The translations under genes and the position numbers were made by a program. From positions 1 through 64,000 of the forward strand of contig JASTWF010000329.1 in the NCBI GenBank assembly GCA_030390025.1: a stretch of DNA of 64,000 nucleotides, in the 5' to 3' direction. This stretch comes from Squalus acanthias. Taxonomy: Eukaryota. Shown piece after piece: positions 26,077 to 38,785 of this stretch; the first letter of the stretch is position 1; each line of letters begins with the position of its first letter. The notes beneath the pieces are model-generated. The model made no database searches and was not told the DNA's origin. It saw nothing but the letters and a program-made list of their open reading frames with translations.

Positions 26077-27968
26077 TGAACCATGTCCATACCCAGCCCT
26101 CCCCAATGACAAAATCTAAGCCCAGGCTGCAAGATTCTCAGCTCAGTTTGGTGCTGTGTGAACGGTTGAGCTCCGCACCCCGGCTGCTTGCGGGGAATGC
26201 TAGTGTGGAGGGCCCAGTGCAAAAGGCCTGGGGAGGAAAGGCTGTGAGATTTTCAACTCGGCGCTGTGTGAACGGGCTGCTCCACATCCCGGCTGCTCGC
26301 GGGGAATGCCGGTGCGGAGGGCCCGGTGCAGAAGGCCCAAGGTGGAAGACCCGGAAGAGAGTGGCCTGGGCGGGAGGCCCAGCACGGAGAACCCCAGGCG
26401 GGGGGCCCAGGGCGGGGGCGGCTGGTCGGCAGAGGTGGAGTCGGGAGATGCGGTTGGTGAGCATTGCTGCACTGGTTCTGAAAGTTGCAGAATGGTTTCG
26501 GGCCTGAATGAGTTCCAGCGGCCCAGCATCTGCTCTGCCTGGCGGTAGCTGTGAGGCTTTTTCTTGGTCATGGGACCGGTTTATGCGTCGCCATATTGGG
26601 GGAGGAAAGACAAACTGTTTCCATCTGTAATGGGGCGCGTGAGCAGTTACAAGATGGAAACTGTGAATGGTTAAAAGACGGAAAATAAAAGGAAATTAAA
26701 AGACAGAGCAAAGTAATATCAGTAAGGAATGATGAGTATTCTTTGATGGTTGGGTCCTGTGAGCGATAACAGCATGCAGAAGAAGATTTGAGTGTTCGGT
26801 CTTTTTACGGGATTTCAGGATTTTCCGTGGAAGGGCTGAAGACTGTGGACAAGGACTATGACTTTACATGGTTCGACAACATCAAATGATATTCGTTAAT
26901 GGATTGCCAATAGGACTGGCGTAGAACTGGTATTTAATTGTTTTGTTGGGAAGGTTTCAGGTTTTCTGTTTGAAAGCAGTTTACTTGAAGCTTAATTGAT
27001 TTTCTAATAAGGATTGTGGGAATTTGCACATGATGATGTATTGGTAGTTATGTAGGAATTTACTTTGCGGTTATTGTCTAGTGTTGGTGTGTTTGAAAAG
27101 ATAAAGTAAATTAATATTGGTAATTTATTGAACGAACGGATGCTCGAGTGAACGAACGGATGAACGATTCGAACGAACGCATTCATGCATATTGGAACTT
27201 ACACTCGATCGAACGACTGATCACTTGTGCAGTGATAGAACGAACGATTCGAGCGAACGCACGCAGGCGCGCACTTAGACAAATGATACGCACGCACGCA
27301 TTCAGACGTACATAATGGAACTTACACTTGATCAAACGAACGACCTCATGGGGTAGTGGTCGAACGAACGATTCGAGCGAACACAAGCATGCACATTGGA
27401 ACTTACACTCGAGCGAATGAATGATCGCGTGGTGAACGATCAAATGAACGATAATCGAGCGAACGCACGCAGGCGCGCACTTAGACAAATGATACGCACG
27501 CACGCACTCATACATACATATTGGAACTTACGCTCGATCGAACGAACGAACGCTTGAATGAACGAATGAACAATTGAATGAATGATCGAATGAACAATGC
27601 CCGTAGGAGTGGCGTAAAACGGGTTTTTTCTTGGTTTATTGGAATAAGTGTTATCTGTAGCATTTAATTGGATTATGATGGTGCTATGTGTTTGTACACT
27701 GGTGTTGAAATGGTTTTTGTTTTATGTGGAGTTAACTTTGAGATTTATTTTAAATCTAAAAAGTTGTGTGGTATTGTTTAAGGGTATTTGTACTGTAAAC
27801 ATTATTGATTATTTGTAAAATTAATCATTGCATTTATATTAACTATAAGGCTGTTTTTAAGGATTTATTTTTTACTGTGATGGATGAATGCAATGGATTT
27901 ACTATGTAATGGATTTACGATGTAATTGATGAGTTGTACAGGTATTATTGTTTTTGAATAAAAATATT
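26077..27968 (+). repeat. Solo copy of the 1.9-kb macrosatellite unit
   Basis: Matches 59594-61503 from TGAACCATGTCCATACC to GAATAAAAATATT. Confidence 0.9.
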
Positions 27969-28082
27969 ATAATGTTCTGATGTTTGTAATTGTCATTGCT
28001 GATTTTGATGGTCTCTTTGATTTAATCTCTTGTTATTAACATACTTTGCACTATTTCTTTATTCGAGATAATTGTTTCAAAT

Positions 28083-28212
28083 ATCACCAGGCCCCACCCA
28101 GTAACCATCTGATTCCACCGTCACATCTTCATGCATTACCTGCCCTCACTAGAGATAGTTTCACCACCATGACCATTCCCCATACTGAGGCTCTCTGATT
28201 CCCATTTATAGA
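28083..28212 (-). pseudogene. Truncated second copy of the PHF23/PHF13-like fragment
   Basis: Reverse complement of about 55340-55478. Confidence 0.65.
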
Positions 28213-29011
28213 CTCAGTGTAAATGGTCCCTGGAATTGGTGTCTCAGTGTAAGTAGTCCACACATAGAGAGGGTTCCCAAGGCCCCGCCCCCACACAGTG
28301 CGGATCCCCGTGCGTGGCCAACTGGGTCAGGATATAAAGAGACCGCGCGCTGTTCCTCCTCCCACTGCCTGTGGAATGGGGCAGAAATTTAAAGGGACAG
28401 GACTCCCCTTTCTCTGCGCATTTATATTTAAAGGGACAGTCTCGTTTATCTTGGAGTGCCAGCAGACTTCACTAAGAGAGTTCCCATTAACAGTCGCTCC
28501 CTTCTGTACAGTGATTGTAAAGCTGTCTATTTCAGTGACTTGAGCCTTTCTACAATGTCTCACTGTTTTTTGACGATCCATTTAACTTGCTTGGTTAATT
28601 TTCAAAGATTTCAGAATTTTGCTGTGTGACAAAGCTTTCCTTTAAAGATGGAATAGCATTTGTTTCAAAATATTCTGTTCTAACCCTCTCCCCCACCCCG
28701 CCACCTCCCTCACTTCAAAACACTTTGCACCACTGACTGGGAAGGCAACCAAGTTCCATCCTTAATCTGGGCTGTTAGTTGCTCTCAGCCAAGGCAGCAG
28801 TTCAGGGGTTATAATTGGCCTCAGTACCACTGGGCTAAGTGTAAAAATCAGCCAGTGCCCCTGCTCTTGATGGCGATCCAGTGACCTCAACTGGGAAGTG
28901 TATGGATGTCAATTGAGGACAGGATTGGACTCGGCTGTGATGCCTACCGCAGTGGAAATCCTGCTGACACTCACTGAGTCGGCTGACGGTGAGGCACTAG
29001 AGGTTAACTAA

Positions 29012-30930
29012 TAAGAACATAAGAAATAGGAGCAGGAGTAGACCAATCGGCCCCTCGAGCCTGCTCCGCCATTCAATGAGATCATGGCTGATCTGATCCA
29101 ACCTCAACTCTAAAGAACACATGAAGTAGGAGCAGGACCAGGCCACTCGGCCCCTGGGCCCGCTCCGCCACCCACAGGGCCTTGACTGATCCGAACACAA
29201 ACTCATGTCCAATTTCCAGCCCGCTCCCCATAACCCCTGATTCCCTTTACTTCTAGGAAACGGTCTATTTCTGTTTTAAATTTATTTAATGAAGTAGCTT
29301 CCACAGCTTCCTGGGGTAGCAAATTCCACAGACCCACTACCCTCTGAGTGAAAAAGTTTCTCCTCATCTCAGTTTTGAAAGAGGAGCCCCTTATTCTAAG
29401 ATTATGTCCCCTAGTTCTAGTTTCACCCATCATTGGGAACATCCTCACCGCGTCCACCCGATCAAGCCCCTTCACAATCTTATATGTTTCAATAAGATTG
29501 CCTCTCATTCTTCTGAACTCTAATGAGTAGAGTCCCAATCTACTCAACCTCTCCTCGTATGTCCACCCCCTCATCCCCGGAATTAACCGAGTGAACCTTC
29601 TTTGTACTGCCTCGAGAGCAAGTATGTCTTTTCTTAAGTATGGACACCAAAACTGTATGCAGTACTCCAGGTGCGGTCTCACCAATACCCTATACAACTG
29701 CAGCAATACCTCCCTGTTTTTATATTCTATCCCCCTAGCAATAAAAGCCAACATTCCATTGGCCTTCTTGATCACCTGCTGCACCTGCATACTAACTTTT
29801 TGATTTTCTTGCACCAAGACCCCTAGATCCCTTTGTACTGCAGTACTTTCCAGTTTCTCGCCATTAAGATAATAACTTGCTCTCTGATTTTTCCTGCCAA
29901 AGTGCATAACCTCACATTTTCCAATATTGTATTGCATCTGCCAAATCTCTGCCCACTCACCCAGCCTGTCTATATCCCCTTGTAGGTTTTTTATGTCCTC
30001 CTCACTCTCTACTTTCCCTCCCATCTTTGTATCATCTGCAAACTTTGATATGTTACACTCGGTCCCCTCCTCCAAATCGTTAATATAGTTTGTAAAGAGT
30101 TGCGGACCCAGCACCGACCCCTGCGGAACACCACTGGCTACTGGTTGCCAGTCCGAGAATGAACCATTTATCCCAACTCTCTGCTTCCTGTTAGATAACC
30201 AATCCTCCACCCATGCCAGAATATTACCCCCAATCCAGTGATTTTTTATCTTGAGTAATAATCTTTTATGTGGCACCTTGTCGAATGCCTTCTGGAAGTC
30301 TAAATACACTACATCCACTGGTTCCCCTTTATCCACCCTGTACGTTATATCCTCAAAGAACTCGAGCAAATTTGTCAGACATGACTTCCCCTTCATAAAG
30401 CCATGCTGACTTTGTCCTATTAAATTATGTTTATCTAAATGTTCCGTTACTGTCTCCTTAATAATAGACTCCAAAATTTTACCCACCACAGATGTTAGGC
30501 TAACTGGTCTATCATTTCCAGCCTTCTGCCTACTACCCTTTTTAAATAAGGGTGTTACATTAGCAGTTTTCCAATCTGCCGGGACCTTTGCTGAGTTCAG
30601 GGAGTTTTTGAAAATTATTACCAAAGCATCCACAATTCCTACTGCCACTTCCCTCAAGACCCTAGGATGTAAGCCATCAGGTCCAGGGGATTTATCCGCC
30701 TTGAGTCCCATTATTTTACTGAGTACCAATTTCTTAGTGATTTTAATTGTATTTAGCTCCTCCCCCACTAGAGCCCCCTGTTTATCCAGTGTTGGGATAT
30801 TCTTAGTGTCCTCAACCGTAAAGACTGAAACAAAATATTTGTTCAGCATTTTTGCCATCTCCATGTTTCCCACCATTAATTTCCCGGTCTCATCCTCTAA
30901 GGGACCTACGTTTGCCTTAACCACCCTTTT
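29012..30930 (-). mobile_element. 5'-truncated CR1 LINE with open RT-to-C-terminus ORF
   Basis: DKSPGPDG, RPVSLTS, AFDKVPH, GVPQGSVLGP, FADD. Confidence 0.95.
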
Positions 30931-31354
30931 TCTCTGGAGTTTAGAAGAATGAGAGGTGATCTCATTGAAACATACAAGATTCTGAAGGGGATTGACAGGG
31001 TAGATGCTGAGAGGTTGTTTCCCCTGGCTGGAGTGTCTGGAACTAGGGGGCATAGTCTCAGGATAAGGGGTCGGCCATTTAAGACTGAGATGAGGAGGAA
31101 TTTCTTCACTCAGAGGGTTGTGAATCTTTGGAATTCTCTGCCCCAGAGGGCTGTGAATGTTCAGTCTTTGAGTATATTCAAGGCTGAGATAGATAGATTT
31201 TTGGACTCTCGGGGAATCAAGGGAGATGGAGATCGGGTGGGAAAGTGGAGTTGAGGTGGATGATCAGCCATGATCTTATTGTATGGCGGAGCAGGCTCGA
31301 GGGGCCGTGTGACCTACTCCTGCTCCTAATTCTTATGATCTATTCTTATGTTCT
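30931..31354 (+). mobile_element. CR1 3' fragment (about 420 bp)
   Basis: MRGDLIETYKIL...RTRGHSLRI-like peptide and a CTTATGTTCTT tail. Confidence 0.9.
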
Positions 31355-31728
31355 TAATCTGCCCGGCAACTTTCCTTTCAGTGAAGAGAGACGAGAAAGA
31401 CCAAAGTGCCGTTTGCCCCTCTCAGTGTGGCCCTGAAGGACTGTGTCGAGGCTGTAGTTCTGTTCCCGCCGTACGATCCTCCCCCCAGATTGTCCTTTCT
31501 GAGCTCCAGCCAGGAGATGCTAAACACTCAGGTGGCAACGACAAAAATCCACAACAATGTGTTTAAAGCAAAGCTGAATTATTTGATATATATCCAGATA
31601 TTTAAACTCCAGCCCAGTTACAGGGGTTATTAACATCAGCAGAAACAAACCCCAGCTGTCAGTGTGAACATGATTCAGTTCAGGATGTAATTAACAGCAG
31701 CAATAACAGCAGAATCCAACCTCTGCTG

Positions 31729-32598
31729 TCACTTGTGAACTCGCTGGTGTTTCAGCAGGTGGGATGACTGAGTGAATCCCTTTCCACACTCAGAGCAGGT
31801 GAACGGCCTCTCCCCAGTGTGAACTCGCTGGTGTTTCAGCAGGTTGGATGACTGAGTGAATTCCTTCCCACACTCAAAGCAGGTGAATGGTCTCTCCCCA
31901 GTGTGAACTCGCTGGTGTCTCAGCAGGCTGGATGACCGAGTGAATCCCTTCCCACACTTGGAACAGGTGAACGGCCTCTCCCCAGTGTGAATTCGCTGGT
32001 GTTTCAGTCGGTCGGATGAATGGCTGAATCCCTTTCCACAGTCAGAGCAAGTGAACGGTCTCTCCCCAGTGTGAACTCTCTGGTGTGTCAGCAGGTTGGA
32101 TAACCGAGTGAATCCCTTCCCACACATGGAGCAGGTGAACGGCCTCTCCCCAGTGTGAACTCGCTCGTGTTTCAGCAGGGTGGATGACTGAGTGAATCCC
32201 TTCCCACACTCAGAGCAGGTGAACGGTCTCTCCCCAGTGTGAACTCGCTGGTGTATCAGCAGGGTGGATGACTGAGTGAATCCCTTCCCACACTCAGAGC
32301 AGGTGAACGGTCTCTCCCCAGTGTGAACTCGCTGGTGTATCAGCAGGGTGGATGAACACGTGAATCCCTTTCCACACTCAGAGCAAGTGAACGGCCTCTC
32401 CCCAGTGTGAACTCGCTGGTGTGTCAGCAGAGTGGATGACTGAGTGAATCCCTTCCCACACACGGAGCAGGTGAATGGCCTCTCCCCGGTGTGACTGCGC
32501 TGGTGACTCGACAGGCCAGAGGATCGGCTGAAGCCTCGTCCACACACAGAACACGTGTACGGTTTCTCCCCGCTCTGAACGGTGCTTTCTGCTTCCAT
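31729..32598 (-). CDS. C2H2 zinc-finger protein (ZNF copy 4), ATG 32598, 10 intact fingers, about 289 aa (longer if spliced to an upstream exon via the acceptor near 32693)
   Basis: Uninterrupted [19 protein letters not shown]...HQRVHK*. Confidence 0.9.
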   Translation of the reverse strand: MEAESTVQSGEKPYTCSVCGRGFSRSSGLSSHQRSHTGERPFTCSVCGKGFTQSSTLLTHQRVHTGERPFTCSECGKGFTCSSTLLIHQRVHTGERPFTCSECGKGFTQSSTLLIHQRVHTGERPFTCSECGKGFTQSSTLLKHERVHTGERPFTCSMCGKGFTRLSNLLTHQRVHTGERPFTCSDCGKGFSHSSDRLKHQRIHTGERPFTCSKCGKGFTRSSSLLRHQRVHTGERPFTCFECGKEFTQSSNLLKHQRVHTGERPFTCSECGKGFTQSSHLLKHQRVHK

Positions 32599-33767
32599 GC
32601 TCAAAGGTCCTGATGAATCGAGTGACTCTGTCAGATCTTGAAGTGATGCTTGGTTTGAGTTTCTCGTCTGCAAATCCTCCCCTTCTAACACCCTGCAAAA
32701 TGAATTTAAAACAGGAAAAAGGGAGGGTGAGAGAGAACCCACAAAACACAAAGGCAGGTTGTGAAATTGAGCTGAATGAATCTGGGAATTTGTGGGGCCG
32801 GCACTAGAAAAAAGTGACCATGAAAGCTGCCGGATTGTCGTAAAAACCCAACTGGTTCACTAATGTCCTTCAGGGAAGGGAACCCGCCACCCGGTCTGGG
32901 CTTACACAAGACTCTGGCCTCTATGGGAGGAGAGAGAGCGAGGTGGGAGGGGGAGGGGTGAAGGAGAGCGACCTTATACATCTGGAACTCGACTAGAACT
33001 TTGACAGCACCACCCAAACACGCGACCTCCACCACCTAGAAGGACAAGGGCAGCAGGTGCATGGGAACACCATCACCTCCCAGTTCCCCTCCAAGTCACA
33101 CACTATCTTGACTTGGACAGATATCGCCGTTCCTACATCGTCGCTGGGTGAAAATCCTGGAACTCCTCACCTAACAGCATTCTGAGAGTACCTTCACCAC
33201 ACGGACTGCAGAGGATCAAGAAGAAGGCCCAGCATCACCTTCTCAACGGGCAACTGGGAACTGGCAATATAGGCTGGCCTTGCTAGTGACACACACATCG
33301 AATGAATTTAAAAAATCTGTATTTATAAAATGGATTGAAAGCCTCTACAGAAATACTTGTTCCTAAAACGATAATCTTTTACACTGTACGGACAGGGTCT
33401 GTTTAGCAACTTAATCTCCCCTAGAATCCACCTCCCTTCACAGTCTCACATTGGAAATTGTTGGGTCCCACTGGGCTCAGAAGTACTGGGGGTTAAACCC
33501 AGCAGCTTCTCCCCCCCCTCTCCACTCCAGCTCAAACTGGTGCAACAAGAAAGCCCAACACAGGAGGCCAGGGAGCAAGTTCCACATCCACCGCCCACCC
33601 TGATGCTAACCGGCTCTGAATTGCTCCCTCTGCTGTATAAATGGAATTTGTTGTGTTTCTTGTCTGGGGGAGGGGCTGCACCCGGGGGTTAATGGTGCCG
33701 GGGCCCTGGCCGCACGTCCGCCAGCTCTAACTCGGGGCCTGAGACACGCACTCGGTGTTGCTGAGGG

Positions 33768-33970
33768 AATCCAACCCTGGGACTGTACATGGGGATTCTA
33801 ACCCTGGGACTGTACATGGGGATTCCAGCCCTGGGACTGTACATGGGGATTCCAACCCTGGGACTGTACATGGGGATTCCAACCCTGGGACTGTACAAGG
33901 GGATTCTAACCCTGGGACTGTACATGGGGATTCCAGCCCAGGGACTGTACATGGGGAATCCAACCCTGAG
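33768..33970. repeat. 27-bp minisatellite, about 7 units, paralog of 23808-24612
   Basis: Same unit and same flanks. Confidence 0.93.
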
Positions 33971-34104
33971 ACTGGACAGGGGTCCCCAGCTCTGGGGCTC
34001 TTCTGTTACAATTGTGTGGGATGTTTACCGTATGCTCTGCTGTTACCAGCGCCTTCAGGAGAGATGGTGAGAAATTCGAAGTGTGGAGAGTTTGAATCAA
34101 ATAC

Positions 34105-35625
34105 CAGATGGCTTGCATCCCTGGTTGCTCAGGGAATTGGGGAAGGAGATAGCGGAAGGGCTTGCCATAATTTTCCAATCTTCCCCAGTGGCAAATGTGA
34201 CACCATTGTTCAAGAAAGGGTGTGAGGAAAATCCTAGTAACTGCAGGCCGGTCAGTTTAACATCAGTGGTCGGTAAAGTTTCAGAAACAATAATCAAGGA
34301 AATAAATTAACAGGCATTTGGAGAGGTTTAAGTTAATTAAGGAGAGCCAACACGGGTTTGTAAAAGGCAGATCATGTTTGACTAATCTAATTGAATTTTT
34401 TGATGAAGTAACAGAGAGGATTAATGAAGGGAATGCAATGGATGTTGTCAACATGGATTTTCAGAAGGCGTTTGACAAAGTACCACATAGAAGGATTGTT
34501 AACAAAATTGAGGCTCATGTAATGGGTGGGTCAGTGGCAGCTTGGATAAGGAATTGGCTTAAGGACAGAAAACAGCGAGTTGTGGTAAATGGCTGTTTTT
34601 CAGACTGGAGGATGGTGGACAGTGGTGTTCCCCAAGGGTCAGTGCTGGGGCCACTGCTTTTTTTGATATATATAAATGACCTGGATATTGGAATACAAAG
34701 TAGAATTTCTAAATTTGCCGATGACACCAAACTTGGGGGTGTGGCAAACAGTGAGGATGATATCAATCGACTGCAACAGGACATAGAAAGGCTAGCAGAA
34801 TGGGCAGAGAAGTGGCAGATGGAACTTAATACAGAGAAGTGTGAGGTGATGTATTTTGGCAGAAGGAACAGGGAGAGGCAATATACACTTAATGGCACAG
34901 TTTTAAAGAGTGTGCAGGGACAGAGGGACCTGGGAGTTAATGTGCATAGGTCCCTGAAGGTGGCGGGACATATTGAGAGAGTGGTTAACAAAGCATATGG
35001 GATCTTGGGCTTCATAAACAGAGGTATTGAGTACAAAAGTAGAGAAGTTATGCTGAACCTTTATAAAGCGCTGGTTAGGCCACAACTGGAGTATTGCGTC
35101 CAGTTCTGGTCACCACACTTTAGGAAGGATGTGAAGGTCCTTGAGAGGGTGCAGAGGAGATTTACCAGAATGGTTCCAGGGATGGGGGATCTTAGTTACA
35201 AGGACAGGTTGGAGAAGCTGGATTTGTTTTCATTAGAGCAAAGGAGGTTGAGGGGTGATTTGAGAGCGCTGTACAAGATTATGACGGGTTAGGATAGGCT
35301 AGACGGGGAATGGCTGTTCCCACTAGTTGATGGTACAAGGACTAGGGGACACAGATTTAGGTTTTGGGGAAGAGATATAGGGGGATGTGAGGAAAAACAT
35401 TTTACACAGCGAGTGGTGATGACCTGAAACTCGCTGCCGATGGAAGTGGTGGAAGCGGAAACACTCAATGTTTTCAAGGGTAGACTGGATAGGCACTTGA
35501 GGGAAATAAACTTGCAGGGCTACGGGGATAGAGCAGGGGAATGGGATTGAATGGATTGCTGTACAGAGAGCCAGCATTGACTCGATGGGCCGAATGGCCT
35601 CCGCTGTGCCGTCATGACTGTATAA
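34105..35625 (+). mobile_element. 5'-truncated CR1 LINE
   Basis: PDGLHP, RPVSLTS, SQHGFVKGRSCLTNL, GVPQGSVLGP, FADD. Confidence 0.93.
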
Positions 35626-36594
35626 AAGGTGCTGACTCTGGCTGGGTTCAGTTCTACACTCACTGGTTCCCCTCCCTCTCCTCCCCTGAAGGTGCTGACT
35701 CTGGCTGGGTTCAGTTCTACACTCACCGGTTCTCCTCTCTCTCCTCCCCTGAAGGTGCTGACTCTGGCTGGGTTCAGTTCCACACTCACTGGTTTCCCTC
35801 CCTCTCCTCCCCTGAAGGTGCTGACTCTGGCTGGGTTCAGTTCCACAGTCACTGGTTCCCCTCCCTCTCCACCCTTAAGGTGCTGACTCTGGCTGGGTTC
35901 AGTTCTACACTCACTGGTTCACCTCCCTCTCCTCCCCTGAAGGTGCTGACTCTGGCTGGATTCAGTTCCACAGTCACTGGTTCCCCTCTCCTCCCCTGAA
36001 GGTGCTGACTCTGGCTGGGTTCACTTCTACACTCACTGGTTCCCCTCCCTCTCCTCCCCTGAAGCTGCTGACTCTGGCTGGGTTCAGTTCTACACTCACT
36101 GGTTCCCCTCCCTCTCCTCCCCTGAAGGTGCTGACTCTGGCTGGGTTCAGTTCTACACTCACTGGTTCCCCTCCCTCTCCTCCCCTGAAGGTGCTGACTC
36201 TGGCTGGGTTCAGTTCACTCATTGGTTCCCCTCCCTCTCCTCCCCTGAAGGTGCTGACTCTGGCTGGGTTCAGTTCTACACTCACTGGTTCCCCTCCCTC
36301 TCCTCCCCTGAAGGTGCTGAATCTGGCTGGGTTCAGTTCTACACTCACTAGTTCCTCTCTCTCCTCCCCTGAAGGTGCTGACTCTGGCTGGGTTCAGTTC
36401 TACACTCACTGGTTCCCCTCCCTCTCCTCCCCTGAAGGTGCTGACTCTGGCTGGGTTCAGTTCTACACTCACTGGTTCCCCTCCCTCTCCTCCCCTTAAG
36501 GTGCTGACTCTGGCTGGGTTCAGTTCACTCACTGGTAACCCTCCCTGTCCTCCCCTGAAGGTGCTGACTCTGGCTGGGTTCAGTTCCACACTCA
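35626..36594 (-). repeat. 63-bp G-rich minisatellite (reverse orientation), about 15 units
   Basis: Reverse complement of the 10268-12142 unit. Confidence 0.96.
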
Positions 36595-36599
36595 AGGGG

Positions 36600-37020
36600 A
36601 CCCTGAGGCCCTGCCCACGTTTTTTCCTTTACAAAGATGGCCGTGCGAATCAAGATGGCGGCGAACAAAGACAATGCTTTCCTTTACAAAGATGGCCGCC
36701 CTTAGCCTCGGCCTGTTACCGGGAAAAAGCCCCGGAGCTGCAAACGCGGAACCTGTAGGTTCTCATTCGGGCTTGCGGCCTACACTAGGTGTTTATGAAG
36801 CTCACACGCCGGGTCTGTTACCTCTCTGCGCCCCGGTGATTCGTAATCGGCGTAAAAACCGCGTCTCCCAACTCGGCCCGCTCCCAGCACTCGCCTGGCT
36901 CTGATCACCGTGACACTGCGCATGCTCCAAATACAGGCGGGCACTGCGCCTGCGCACTGGGCTCCTCCAGTGTGAATGGGGCACATCCTCCCCGCGGGGC
37001 ATGCTGGGGAACATTGAAAG
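36600..37020 (-). promoter_or_regulatory. Repeated CpG promoter/first-exon cassette, probably serving ZNF copy 4
   Basis: Reverse complement of the 9933-10255 cassette, with YY1-like AAGATGGCGGC (36652-36662) and TGCGCATGCTC. Confidence 0.6.
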
Positions 37021-37164
37021 CCCCAATTAGTGAATGGAGAATGAGTTTCTGTGACCCCATTGAGAGAAAATTCATCAATAATTCACACAGAAACCCCAGT
37101 GCACGGGCACTCTGCCATGGTTCAGTCCTGGATGTGATTAATAACAGAATCCAAACCCCTGCAG

Positions 37165-37878
37165 TCACATGTGAACTCACTGGAGTCTCAGCAGGTGGGG
37201 TGAATTTCTTCCCACACACAGGATATTGAAACAGCCTCTCTCCAGTATCAATGCGCTGATCGTGCATCAGCTGCTTTGAACTTCGAAAGCTTTTCTCACT
37301 GTCAGAGTACTTAAAACAACTGTTCTCAATGTGGACACTCGGGAGTGTCAACAGTTGGGACAACGGAGTGAATCCCTTCCCGCACGTGAAGTATCTAAAT
37401 GGCCTCTCTCCGGTGTGACTGTGCTGGTGTGTCAGTAAATGGGATGATCGATTGAATCACTTTCCACATACAGAGCAGTGAATGGATTCGCCCTATTACG
37501 AACATATTAGTTTGGGAATAGATGAGATAAGTGAGTGATTCTCTTTCCACACTCTGCTGGTGAACGGCCTCTCCCCGGTGTGACTGTTTCGATGAGTTTG
37601 CACCTCAGACGGGCAACTGAATCCGTTCCCACATTCCCCACATTTACACTGTTGATTCAGGTGGGCGCACGAGTCTCACAGACTAGACGATTTGTTAAAA
37701 GTGGATCCAGGCACAGAACACGTGTTCTGTTTCTCCCCGCTGTGATTGGTGCTTTTTCTTTCTATATCCAAAGGCCGAATGATATTCAGGTCCTGATAAT
37801 CCGGTGAATCTGTCAGATCTTGAACCGATGTTTGGATTCAGTTTCCATCTGCAGATCCTCCCCTTTCTAATACCCTCA
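37165..37878 (-). pseudogene. Decayed C2H2 zinc-finger exon (ZNF copy 5)
   Basis: Residual TGERLF/TGERPF linkers and CGK motifs with stops and indels; the flanks are paralogous to copies 1 and 2. Confidence 0.8.
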
Positions 37879-38094
37879 ACTGGTGTTTACAACAGGATAG
37901 ACCTTCAGAACAGACACATCTAGTTTCTATACAACATTCTTGTCCCGGCTGTCCCTCCTAAGCTGTGAATTCCCCATTCTACACACTCTCCCTCCATCCT
38001 TACTGTCTAAAATCAACATTCATTACATCATCTGGGATTTTGTGTCTCCCCTTCTCTCCAGAAGTAACTGAATCTGGCTGGGTGCTCTTAGTTA

Positions 38095-38332
38095 ACCTCT
38101 ACATTTTGGTAGGAAGAACGAGGAGAGGCAATATATACTAAAGGGTACAATTCTAAAGGGGGTGCCTGAACAGAGAGACCTGGAGATATATGTGCACAAA
38201 TCGTTGAAGGTGGTAGGGCAGGTTGAGAAAGCGGTTAAAAAAGTATACGGGATCCTGGGCTTCATAAATTAGAGGCACAGAGTACAAAAGCAAGGAAGTT
38301 ATGATGAACTTTTATAAAACACTGGTCCGACC
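38095..38332 (+). mobile_element. CR1 fragment, left part; continues at 53516-54072
   Basis: HFGRKN...YKSKEVMMNFYKTLVRP ends at CCTC and resumes as CCTCAACTGGAGTATTGT (PQLEYC) at about 53517. Confidence 0.85.
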
Positions 38333-38346
38333 TCTCTGGAGTTTAG

Positions 38347-38718
38347 CCAAGTTCCGCACTCATGAGGATGGCCTCAATCGCGATATCGGGTTCATGTCAC
38401 GATACAGAACGTGACTTGACATCATGGCCGGTCTTCCCAGGTGTTTTTTTTTTTTAAAAAGACTAACACAAGAACACAAATTGACAGGATATGCAGCCAG
38501 CAGGTGGTTTGACACGTTGGACCCCCTGGGACACATCTCATTGTCTTGGCTGTGCTCTTAGTGTGTCTTTGATGTAGGGAAATATTTGAATAGATTTTGT
38601 CTGTGTTTAAATTGTGAATTCTGGGAGATTCTCTCACTGCTAACTTACCTGAGGAAGGAGCGACAGCTCCGAAAGCTTGTAAAATTAAATAAATCTGTTG
38701 GACTATAACCTGGTGTTG
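38347..38718 (+). mobile_element. Penelope-like element 3' fragment (end of GIY-YIG ORF plus terminal repeat), left part; continues at 53055-53107
   Basis: Encodes AKFRTHEDGLNRDIGFMSRYRT*, resembling PLE C-termini. It carries a hammerhead motif and is flanked by the 8-bp duplication GAGTTTAG (38339-38346, 53108-53115). Confidence 0.75.
38645..38682 (+). ncRNA. Minimal hammerhead ribozyme motif of Penelope type
   Basis: CTGAGGA-A, stem II GGAGC-GACA-GCTCC, GAAA, overlapping palindrome AAGCTT. Confidence 0.65.
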
Positions 38719-38785
38719 ATCTTTTTGGTTGGACAAACACAAATTTACTGCAAATCAATTAAAACTTTAAATGAAACTTAATAAA

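Noticed and set aside
26106..27515. Short ORFs recurring in each macrosatellite unit (MTKKKPHS..., FVRSIECKFQ...)
   Set aside because: They recur only because the units are near-identical; frames differ among copies and no domain is recognisable.
28388..28442. TTAAAGGGACAG motifs resembling Kolobok/T2 transposon ends
   Set aside because: The two motifs are direct rather than inverted, and no matching end or transposase is visible.
28730..28990. Possible SINE fragment (also about 54090-54320)
   Set aside because: Resembles an interspersed repeat, but no A/B boxes, tail or TSD could be shown.
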